Shown: positions 40,016 through 51,809 of the stretch, one piece after another | How positions within the stretch are numbered: position 1 is the first letter of the stretch | Layout of the letters: every line of letters begins with the position of its first letter | NCBI GenBank assembly: GCA_951406725.2 | Contig: OX597824.1 | Location: 17,360,001-17,424,000, forward strand | Reading direction: 5' to 3' | Length of the DNA: 64,000 bases | From: Octopus vulgaris | Taxonomy: Eukaryota | Position numbers and translations under genes: made by a program | The notes under the pieces: model-generated | The model's input: only the letters and a program-made list of their open reading frames with translations | The model's database searches: none | Told to the model about the DNA's origin: nothing

Positions 40016-40458
40016 GTATACATATATACACAAATATTTATATTCTCACCTTACGTTATTAAACTGTTTGGTCCACTTATAAGTGCATAATCAATAAACA
40101 ATGATGAGTTGCACTGCTTCGTCAGAGGTACATATCTTACAACAATATCTATGAACGAACATGATTGCAGCAGTAGCCACGCGGGCAAAGAATATTAATG
40201 AAAGTCTCCAGAGAAATCAAATATGAAAAGACGGAAATATCAACTCGGAGCGAAGATAACAGATTTCCCCTATGAAAAGCTAGTGAAATGTGTAATATAG
40301 GTTAAACGTAGGCAAATCGAAAACAAAACAATATATAAGTCAAACACACTCACATACACACATACACACATACACATACAAGCACGTACACACACACATA
40401 TATCCATGTATAAGTATATATCGACATATGTATACGAATATATATGTATGTATATTAG

Positions 40459-40493
<35 letters not shown>

Positions 40494-40957
40494 GTATGTA
40501 CTTATATGTATAGAGACATATGCTTATATATATATATTTGTGCATATAAATAAATAAATATGTGTGTTTATGTGTGTGTTTTTGTACGTGTGTGTGTCTT
40601 TTTCCATTGTATTTTCTGTTTTTTTTTTACTCCTGCTTGTTAGCGTTTTATAAGTTATATTTTACTCTTCAACTTCAGAATTATAAATCTATAACGTTGA
40701 ACTTAAGATAATATACAGTAAATTGGTGTATAATGGCATGTGACACAACTCTCCAACGTAGATATTCAACTGAATACATACATATACATATATAAATATA
40801 TATATATGTATGTATATATACTATGCATATACTATATATATATATACATACATATATATATATATACATACATATATATATATATACATATATATGCCTA
40901 TACATATATAAACATATATATAAATATATATATGCATATAAGTAAATATATATATAC

Positions 40958-40989
<32 letters not shown>

Positions 40990-41199
40990 GTGTATGTATG
41001 TATATATATATAGATAGATGTGAGTGCGTGTCTGTATGTATATATATATTTATATACATACGCATGCATACATCTTGAAGATGGCATATATACTGGTATA
41101 TAATATACACATACATTTTATTTTATTGCTGCCAAAATTTGTACACGCACACACAAAGCGTTCCTCCGCCCTACCCCTTACCGCCACCAACCTCACCGT

Positions 41200-41585
41200 G
41201 TGACCACCCCGTACCTCCGCCATCTATTTCCGTTTTAAAATACATAAACCCGACAACCTTGACCGTCCCACTGTTTACGCCTGCAATTGCCCCACAAAAA
41301 TTCATCTCTAAAAACCTTTACCTTATCGTGTCCCCTATCGTTGCTGCTCTCCCATCTCATATACATGACAACAATCACGCCCTTCGCATCTTCAATTCTC
41401 TGTCCTTCCCTCTCGGCTCCTCATGCCTCCTCTTCACTTTGCACATCAAATTCCTATACACGGTAATCCCCCAGAACGACGGTCTCTTAGCCCTCCAAAT
41501 GCTTCCTCGATCGTAGCTCCGAATCCACTCCCAGTACTTCCACCCTCTTTCTCTAACAGAACTCTCCTCACCCTCAAATGCTTTA
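41200..41585 (+). pseudogene. Penelope-like RT fragment (second lineage)
   Basis: KIHKPDNLDRPTVYACNCPT, then ALPSHIHDNNHAL...LLFTLHIKFLYTVIPQNDGLLAL (decayed D-x-x-SLYT motif). Confidence 0.75.
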
Positions 41586-42129
41586 CGTAAAGTTAGTCCG
41601 AGAACGTGTGTTACATATCTGCATAAGATTGGGTATTATGGACAAGCAGCTAGAAGAAAACCTCTCCTTCAACCAATTAATATCAAATTTATGGCGTCTA
41701 TTTACTCTTGCATGTCTGTGTATACATATATACATTCGTAAATATATAAAGATTTCTGCTTCTTCTACATCTACTCCTCCTCTTACTTTAATAAACCCTC
41801 TCTTGACCTTCAACTACCCTCTCACCTTATCTTTTCCTTTCAACTCACTCTCGACTTTACCTGTTTCTCCTCGTTCCATTACTTTTTCGTTCTTCCTTGT
41901 ACCATGATTTCTCCTATCACTTCTGGTTCACATATTACATATGACGATCAAGTGATCATGGGTTTCTTATCTGTTGTAGTAAATCCTTTTTAACATGGTT
42001 AATGTACAGCTGTGCTATCTCTCGTTAATTTCTATCCTATCAAATTCATCGTGAAGAAAAAATTATGTCCGAAACGTTATATTTTCCATTCGTCACGGCT
42101 AGTTCAATGTACCTTTCCTATTGATGTTT

Positions 42130-42198
<69 letters not shown>

Positions 42199-42206
<8 letters not shown>

Positions 42207-42486
42207 AAGGGCTTAGTAAAATAAATTACTTCGCATACTGAACTCATTAGAAATAGCAGCTAAAAAACTTTTTAAAGCTATTTCTAATACTTAAAGAAAA
42301 TCTCTCTCATATATAGCGTTTGCTTAATTTAACTCACAAAAGTTTGTGAGTTAAATTAAGCAAACGCTATATATGAAGAGATTTTCTTTAAGTATTAGAA
42401 ATAGCTTTAAAAAGTTTTTTAGCTGCTATTTCTAATGAGTTCAGTATGCGGCGAAGTAATTTATTTTACTAAGCCCTTTATATAAT
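42199..42486. repeat. Near-perfect palindrome, arms about 142 bp, 2-nt spacer
   Basis: Centre CTCACAAA-AG-TTTGTGAG at 42341-42342. Confidence 0.95.
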
Positions 42487-42599
42487 GTAATAATTTGAAT
42501 TCGCCTTAAATGGTCCCTTTGCATACTGAACACTTGGTGAAATTGATTAATAATTAATTAATTTTACCCTCAATTGTTGAAATATATATATATATATAT

Positions 42600-42785
42600 A
42601 TAATAAACAAAGGACGAAGGCAGGTGGAAAACAAACAAACAAATGTATTAGTATAGCGCTCAGGAATAGAAAAAGTATTTTACGTTTCGAGCCTACGCTC
42701 TTCGACAGAAAGATACGCAGAAAAAAACAAGGAGAGAAACAAGGAGAGAAGAAAATGCGTGTAGGAGCTAACGATCTATCATGCC
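42600..42785 (-). mobile_element. Family E-related pLTR-like repeat
   Basis: Minus strand CTGTCGAAGAGCGTAGGCTCGAAACGTAA. Confidence 0.55.
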
Positions 42786-43133
42786 CCCGTCCAGTGGATG
42801 GTGCTGGGTTGTTAAACATTTAAACTAAATTTTCTCAAAACAACTTGTCCGACCATACCATAGACCTCCCCTTTGAGAAACACTGATTTAACCTAAATTT
42901 GAGACACCAGTAAAAGCAGAAATAAAGATAGACTATTTTTATATTCCAAAGAATGCTTTATCAATCGCATTCTCACCTGGAATCGATTTTTGTAAGCCTT
43001 ATACACGCCCTGATACCGTCGATATCTACATATCAAATTTGATCGCAATCGGATGGAGGATGCCCGAGATACTAGAAGACACACACACAGACAGACAGAA
43101 CGGAGTTTATATAATAGATATATATGTGTGCAA

Positions 43134-43365
43134 GGCGGTGAGCTGGCAGAATCGTTAGCACGCCGGGCAAAATGCGTAGCCGTATTTCGTCTGTCGTGAC
43201 GTTCTGAGTTCAAATTCCACCGAAGTCGACTTTGCCATTCATCCTTTCGGGGTCGATTAAATAAGTACCAGTTATGCACTGGGGTTGATGTAATCGACTT
43301 AATCTGTTTGTCTGTTCTTGATTGTTCTCTCTGTGTTTAGCCCCTTGTGGGTAGTAAAGAAATAT
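43134..43365 (+). mobile_element. SINE B monomer
   Basis: Colinear with the 7899 copy. Confidence 0.9.
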
Positions 43366-43450
43366 ATATATATATAGTTAATCCAAACAAGAAAGCACAA
43401 AAATCACAACAACGCGAGGACGTGGAACAAATATAGTATTATTGGACGCT

Positions 43451-43494
<44 letters not shown>

Positions 43495-44429
43495 GTTAGA
43501 GAGTTACGTATTTACTGATGGTTATATAATCGAAGTCTTATACATATTCAGATGTGCATCTGTAGAAATATACGGTGCACCAATGAATATCTATATGGAG
43601 GAAAGAGACAGAGAAAGAGAGAGAGAGAGATAGAGAGAGAGAGAGATAGATAGATAGAGAGAGAGATAGAGAGAGACACACACACACACACATACATAAA
43701 GTGTGAGAAAGGGGCTGGGTTGAGGGGAGAGCAACAAAGAGAAATGATTTTATTTTTATGTGCGTGTTGATATGTGTACGAGTTTATGTATCTTGAGAGG
43801 TAATTGTTTCTGGCAATATATAAGGTCAGAATTTTAAATCTAAAATCAATCTGACATAACATCTAATAAGAAGTGTGGCAGCATCTCAAAGGAACATCGT
43901 GACTGAAATTCGAAATTAATTCTAAAACATTTTATTCTACGGCATATATTCGCTAGACAATTATCGTGTTCGATTACTTTGAATAATAAATTCTTTCATT
44001 TATTGTTACATTTTATTGTACGGCATAAATTTAGCAGACAATTACCCTGTTCTATTCCTTTAAATAACAAATTCTTGTATTTATTGTTACTTCCGGATTT
44101 AAAGAATGAAATAAAATGCACCCAATTACAACCGGAAGCACTTATGCGGCTTGAGATATATTCACAGAAAAATCTTGTACTGTCGTGGTTTCTGCGTTTG
44201 CAGTGATCGGGGCGACCTGTAATCTTGCTGTCATATAGTCAAAAGTCTGCTCGTCTTTGGTTGTGTTCCTGACTGTATATTTTCCAATAGGTTCTTACTA
44301 ATTTTGATTGCTGCTGTGCTTGTTATGGTTTCTTAGCATTTAACATGTATGGGGCACAAAACTATGATCTAAGGTATTTAAGCAATGTACAATACATATT
44401 CTTATTCATAGCAATCTATTGACTGCATT

Positions 44430-44812
44430 CTTTTCTACTCTAGGCACAAGGCCCGGAAGTTTTGGGGGGAGGGTGCCAGTCGATTAGAGCGATCACAGTA
44501 CGCTACTGGTACTTAATTTATCGACCCCGAAATAATGAAAAGTAAAGTCGACCTTGGTAGAATTTGATCTCAGAACGTAAAGACTGACGGAATACCTATT
44601 TCTTTACTACCCACAAGAGGCTAAACAAGGACAGACAAACGGATTAAGTCTATTATATCGACCCCAGTGCATAACTGGTACTTAATTTATCGACCCCGAA
44701 AGGATAAAAGGTAAAGTCGACCTCTGCAGAATTTGAACTCAGAACGCAGCGGGCATCCTCCATCCGATTTCATTTCGCCCGGCGTGCTAACGTTTCTGCC
44801 AGCTCCCACCCT
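44430..44812 (-). mobile_element. SINE B, dimeric form
   Basis: Reverse complement, body present twice. Confidence 0.85.
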
Positions 44813-44847
44813 TTTAACCGTGTACTACTATTTAGTATATAAAACAG

Positions 44848-45060
44848 AGCGGCGAGCTGACTGAACCGTTAGCACGCTGGGCTAAACATTTCGCAGTATT
44901 TCGTCTGCCTCTACGCTTTGACTTCAAATTTCGACAAAATCATGTTTGCCTTTCATCTGTTCGCGTCGGTAAATTAAGAACCAGTTGCGTACTGGCGTAG
45001 GTCGAATCGACTGGCCTCCTCCCCTAAATTTCAGGCATTGTGCCTATAGTAGAAAAGATT
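44848..45060 (+). mobile_element. SINE B, diverged monomer
   Basis: Head-to-head with the 44430 copy. Confidence 0.75.
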
Positions 45061-45361
45061 ATTAAATATATTAATTTTAATAGAAAATAAACTCTGATTT
45101 CAGGCAGGTTTTCTTGCAGCATATATACCGAAGGATCACATACCTTCGCTGTCTTCCCCTAGTATAGTTTCAGATAGAATATGGCGTGTGGCTAGAGCGT
45201 GATTGAACATAGGCGAGCATACATATATAAAAGTCTATATCCTTTCACGTGCAACCCATCATTATCAACGCTGTACAGTCACATAAATGTATGCGTCACC
45301 TCATAGGCTAGACCTTTGATATATTAATATCGCAAATATAATATCAAAAATTGCAAATCGT

Positions 45362-45725
45362 GGCACTTCGTCGGTTACGACGACGGGGTTTCCAGTTGAT
45401 ACGATTATCGGAACAGCCTGATCGTGAAAGTAAGCATTCACAGACACGTGTACCCTTAACGTAGTTCTCGGGGAGATTCAACGTGATACAGAGTGTGACA
45501 AGGCTGGCCCTTTGAAATACAGATACCACAGAAACAGGAAGAAAGAGTGAGAGATAATTGTGGTGAAAGAGAACAGAAAGATTCGCTACCACGCCCTTCC
45601 GGAACGTCGTGGAGCTTTAGGTGTTTTTTTCGCTCAATAAACATTCAAAACATCCGGTCTGTGAATCGAAACCGCGATCCCACGACCGCGTGTCTGCTGC
45701 CCTGAACACTGGGCCATTGCGCATC
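45362..45725 (-). mobile_element. SINE C, full length, reverse orientation
   Basis: Reverse complement of the 37283 copy. Confidence 0.88.
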
Positions 45726-46303
45726 CAATGGATTGCGAATACCTCACAAATGAATCTCTAATTTACCAACCGATACACACACACACGTGTGTGTGTGTGT
45801 GTGTGTGTGTGTACGTGTGTATATATATATATGTATATATATACATACATACATAAACACATATACATATATACGTACTTATATATGTATATGCGTACAT
45901 ATATATGCATATATGTATATATTTATATATCTTCTTAATTATAAGCGTACATATATATGCATATACGTATATATTTATATATCTTTGTAATTATAGACGT
46001 ACGTATATCATATATACATACAAAGATGCTTCTCTTTGTATCTGTTCAGCCGAATAGATGCATAGATATATAGAAATACAAAATATATGTGCATGTTTAT
46101 GAATACATGCAGTTGTTTTATGCTTATATGCAATCTTTTCTATATATTTTATCAGGGATGTATGAAGACATTTGAATCTTGAATTCGTCTTTTAAATCTT
46201 GAGTACATTTCTGTTTCTGCGGATGATTACAAACACGCTGTAATAATATACATACCGCAATTTACTTGTATAGAGATAAGTATGTATGTATTTATGTATG
46301 TAT

Positions 46304-46344
<41 letters not shown>

Positions 46345-46392
46345 TAAATATATAACTTTATATCTATATCTATCTCTTTATATATATCTCTG

Positions 46393-46439
<47 letters not shown>

Positions 46440-47369
46440 AATGAGGTTGATGAATTGAATATTAATTTGATTAACATCAATTTAAAACCAGTAGCCAAGC
46501 CTATAGAAAAATCTGAAAATTCAGAAAATATACGCATGTATATATCTATATATATATATATTAATATATAATGGATAATAAAACGAATGGTTTACACTAT
46601 ACATACAACGTTATATAACGTTATGTGTATGTATACATAAATATACATACCCACACGATCGTATATATAATTCATTTTTCTAGAATTTTCATTATTTCTA
46701 CCTATTGAAACTGAAGTAAGACAAAATATACGTTGAGATAAAATACAATTCCAAACAATTTATTCTATATTTTCTTCCAAATAATAACTTATCGAAATGC
46801 TTTCATCTCTCAACACAAATAAGAAAAATGGAAATAAAGAAAAAAAAGATGAAATAAATATATTAATTAAAAGTTGTAATAAGTGTATATCATAACGGAA
46901 ATATCATTGCAAATATATTTATTTGTAAGTCTCGGTAACTTCTCGTCATATTTAATTTCCGGATTAATTATGAACTGTTAATTTCTAATAATTATCATCC
47001 ATGGAATTCGTCATATTTAAAATATGTTCTTAATTCTGAAAAATACGACAATAATTGTCAGCGCGATCGCCTTCAGCGTTGTGATCGTCCTCATTAATCC
47101 TGCCGTCGTCGTCAGCGTCGTCGTCGTCATGGTCGCTGACGTCATTGTCATCAATTTTTCTGATCATTGTCATCATCATCGATATGCTTGTCACCAGCGA
47201 AACTGATATTTTTTTTCTGTTTGTGAGCTTGCACATTGTGTCAGTACACACACACATACATACACACAGACTCATCCACACACACATGCACGCGCACAAA
47301 CAATATCATATATACATCCATAAAAACATACATACACAGAGTCATACATATGCATACATACAACCATGC

Positions 47370-47429
<60 letters not shown>

Positions 47430-47473
47430 CTATATATATATGTATGTATGTGTATATATATCTATATATATAT

Positions 47474-47528
<55 letters not shown>

Positions 47529-47532
47529 ATAT

Positions 47533-47588
<56 letters not shown>

Positions 47589-47597
47589 ATAATAAAT

Positions 47598-48310
47598 TAT
47601 TAGGGAATAAATCCAAACTTACAGGGAAAAATCAGATTTAGGATTGAATCCAATTTTATAGTAAAATACTATATTATATTAAATTAGAGATAAAACCACT
47701 ATTAGGCAAATCAAACAATGAAAAACTTAAGCCAATACATAAAATTAATTAATTTATATTATTTTAAATATATATAAAAAGTATTAAAATTTAATAAAAG
47801 ATAATGAGTAAAACACTACGATCGTTTCATGGCTGTCCAATTCGTAATAATTCGAGTTATGGTTACAGTCAATCTTCAGGAAATTGAAATATTTATGTTA
47901 GCGAGGTTTATGAAATCTCTCTCTCTATATATATGTATGTGTATATATATCTATATATATATCTAATCATTGTCGTCATCATCGATATGCTTATCACCAG
48001 CGAAACTGATATTTTTTTTTCTGTTTGTGTGCTTGCACATCGTGTCAGTACACACACATACACACAGACTCAAATTTGATAAACCTCGCTAAGATGAATA
48101 TTTCAATTACCTGAAGATTGATTGTAACCATAACTCGAATTATTACGAATTGGACAGCTATGAAACGATCGTAGTGTTCTACTCATTATCTTTTATTAAA
48201 TTTTAATACTTTTGATATATATTTAAAATAATATAAATTAATTAATTTTATGTATTGGCTTAAGTTTTTCATTGTTTGATTTGCCTCATAGTGGTTTTAT
48301 CTCTAATTTA

Positions 48311-48318
<8 letters not shown>
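47598..48318. mobile_element. Foldback element with pLTR-like arms of about 245 bp; the loop holds a copy of upstream flank
   Basis: 47672-47916 is inverted at 48073-48318; a further inverted terminal copy lies at about 49720-49838. Confidence 0.85.
48108..48176 (+). ncRNA. Hammerhead-ribozyme motif in the foldback arm
   Basis: TAC-CTGAAGA-stem II (TGATTGT/ACAGCTA)-GAAAC-GATC-GTA-GTG; mirror copy on minus at about 47812-47882. Confidence 0.65.
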
Positions 48319-48344
<26 letters not shown>

Positions 48345-48346
<2 letters not shown>

Positions 48347-48551
48347 TAATCCAAACATGAAAGCTCAAAAAAAAACAACAACGCGAGGACGTGGAACAAA
48401 TATAGTATTATTGGACGCTCAGGAAAGGAGGAAAGAAGGAGGGTTCAACGTTTCGAGTGGAGCTCTTCGTCGGAAACATAGGAGAAGGAAAGATCCAGAG
48501 AAGGGAAGACAGAGGAAAAAAATCGCCAATGGTACACACGCGGTCACATTT

Positions 48552-48552
<1 letters not shown>
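48345..48552 (-). mobile_element. Family E copy
   Basis: Minus strand TTTCCGACGAAGAGCTCCACTCGAAACGTTGAA; (TA)n on both sides. Confidence 0.75.
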
Positions 48553-48601
<49 letters not shown>

Positions 48602-48603
<2 letters not shown>

Positions 48604-48797
48604 AAGCACAATGGCCCAGTGGTGAGGGCAGCGAACTCGCGGTCGTAGGATCACCGATTCGATTCCCAGACCGGGCGTTGTCAGTGTTTATTGAGCGAAA
48701 ATACCTAAAGCTCCACGAGGCCCAAGGTGTTACGCAGTGGGACTGAACCCGGATCCATGTGGTTGGTAAGCAAGCTACTTACCACACAGCCACTACT
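48602..48797. mobile_element. Chimera of a SINE C head (+) and a SINE A head (-)
   Basis: Junction at about 48720: CTCCACGAGG|CCCAAGGTG. Confidence 0.8.
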
Positions 48798-48889
48798 AAG
48801 CCTATAAACACAGACGCTCCTTTGAAAAGATGGTTAAGATATTAAGACACTTTTTCTTACATGTAACTAATGGTAGTTAATACACACAA

Positions 48890-48991
<102 letters not shown>

Positions 48992-50227
48992 TGAAGTATG
49001 TTTGCCACTTAAATGTGGCTGACCCATGTTAGAACGATGCCACAGTAGTTTGTAGCCCCAGGAAGACATCTCCAGCTGGTTAACGTCACTCTTTGTGCCC
49101 GCGTCGTTAGCAAGCTGTAAGAGATATTTTCCTGGGTCTATAAACGTCAGTAGCATCGTCCCATATAGGTCAGCCACATTCATGTCGTTAGCCAGCTGGA
49201 GGAAATGTCACCTTGGTGCCATAAATTAAGCTGTCGTGTGTGGCACGTATATGCGTCGGTGTCCTAAAATTAAAACGTCTTTACTGCTGGTATATTTCAG
49301 ATTCTCACCTGGGTGAATGTTTCAGTAGACCGATCACGTGACATTTATTCTATTAATTAAGAAGGCGCTGAAAACACTGAGGGAAAGCATACTACGTGGT
49401 AAGTTTATAGCATACTACATGGTAAGAATAATAGAGATTTACAGATCTTAGAAGATAATATTTGGAAGGTAGTGAAAAACATTAAATTTCATTAGTAGCA
49501 AATTTAGTAATTATAAAAATAAAAATAAAAATAAAAATAAAAATAAAAATAAAATAAAAAATAAGACAAAGTTTAATATTAATTCATTAAATGTTAATTA
49601 TAATTATAAATTTAACTTTAATAATAATTTAAATAATTTAAATTTTAAAATTTTATATTTTATATATTTTGTATATTATATTAATTATTTTTATTTTCAT
49701 GTTTTGGTTTATGTGTTTCACTGTTTGATTTGCCTAGTAGTGATTTTATCTCTAATTTAATTTATATTTATACTGTGAAATTAGATTTAATCCTAAATAT
49801 AATTTTTCCCAGTAAGTTTGGATTTACTCCCTAATATTATATATATATATATATACATATGCAGAATTTCAAAAGGCCTTTAACGATTGATCTGTACATT
49901 TATACCAATAGGCACTCACACACACACACCCACACCCACACACCCACACACACACACCCACACACACGCACCCACACACGCACACACACACACACAAGGA
50001 AGCACTCGCAAACGGTCACACACACGTTATGCTTATGCGCTATTCATAATTTTCACCTAAATTTTATAGCGAAAATTACAATAATTAGACGCGTTGATAA
50101 TTATGTGAAATATAATTATTTATGTAAATATATACATGTATGCATAGAAACGTCCTACTTCGTTTCTCATTCTCACTCCCTCATTATCTTTACAAATGCA
50201 GACACATAAAGAAGCACACACACCCAT

Positions 50228-50620
50228 ACGTTGGGCTTCTTTCATTTTCCGTCTACCAAATCCACTCGCAAGGCTTTAATCGGCCCGAGGCTATCGTAGA
50301 AGACACTTGCCCAAGGTGCCACGCAGTAGGACTGAACCCGGAACCAGGTGGTTCGTAAGCAAAGTACTTACCACACAGCCACTCCTACGCCTATATATGT
50401 ATACGCGTATATGTGTGATATATATATGTAAGTATGTATGTATATATGTATGTATTATGACTGTCTCCTTCAGTTTCTGTCAACTAAATTTTTACACCCG
50501 TCTTTGGTCAGAGCTGGGCTATACGAGAAAGACTCTTTTGACGGGTGACACGCAATGGGACTAAAACCGGATCCACGTGCTTTCGGAAGCAATCTTACAA
50601 GCACCAAGCCACGCCTTCGC
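50228..50620 (-). mobile_element. Two SINE A 5' halves (50228-50392 and a decayed one at 50468-50620)
   Basis: Reverse complement of the SINE A head. Confidence 0.8.
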
Positions 50621-51036
50621 CCGTATGCAGGAATATATATTCCTGTTTTTGAACACAGTTCCATTTTAAATATTTTATATCAATGGCAAATATATTCTCA
50701 AAAGTACATGGTAACTACATCATGGAAATCTACTACTATTAAACCAAATTCAACATGTAGACCAATATATTAAGTCATATTGTGTTTGTAAGCGGAACTC
50801 CCTTGAAAGTTAAATTAGATCTGCTTTAATACTAATTAGAATGTAACCTAAATTCGCAGCTCGGGTGAGCAAGACAAAATTGAGAATTGTAGCCGGATCT
50901 ATATAAGTTAAATAAACATATTATAGCAAATATGCTACTGGAACTAGAATGGCTTTACATATATATATATATTTTTTAAAGTTTTTTAAAGATTTTTTAT
51001 GTATTTTATTTTTCGATATCATTGTTGTTGTTGTTG

Positions 51037-51109
<73 letters not shown>

Positions 51110-51120
51110 CATTATTAAAA

Positions 51121-51339
51121 GACGGCAAGCTGGCAGAATCGTTAGCACGTAGGACGAAATGCTTAGCGGTATTTCGTCTGCCGCAACGTTCGCAGTTCAA
51201 ACTTCACCGAGGTCGACTTTGCCTTTCATCCTTTTGGGGGTCAATTAAAGAAGTACCAGTTACGCTCTAGGATCGATGACTTAAATCCCTTTTCCCAAAA
51301 TTTCAGGACTTGTGCCTGTACAAGAAAAGATTATTATTA

Positions 51340-51411
<72 letters not shown>

Positions 51412-51628
51412 TCATTATTATTATTAAAAAGCGGCGAGCTAGCAGAATCGTTTGCAAGCTGGACGAAATGCTTAGAGGTATTTCGTCTGCCGCTACATTC
51501 TGAGTTCATATTCCGCCGGAGTCGACTTTACTTTTCATCCTTTCGGGGTCGATTAAATAAGTACTAGTTACACTCTGGTTTCGATATAATCCCTTCCCTA
51601 AATTACAGGCCCTGTGCCGATAGCAGAA
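51121..51628 (+). mobile_element. Two SINE B monomers (51121-51330 and 51431-51628) separated by (ATT)n(AGT)n
   Basis: Colinear with the 10255 copy. Confidence 0.85.
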
Positions 51629-51715
51629 ATTATTATTATTATTATTATTATTATTATTGTTGTTGTTGTTGTTGTTGTTGTTGTTATTATCATTATTATT
51701 ATTATTATTATTATT

Positions 51716-51808
<93 letters not shown>

Positions 51809-51809
51809 T

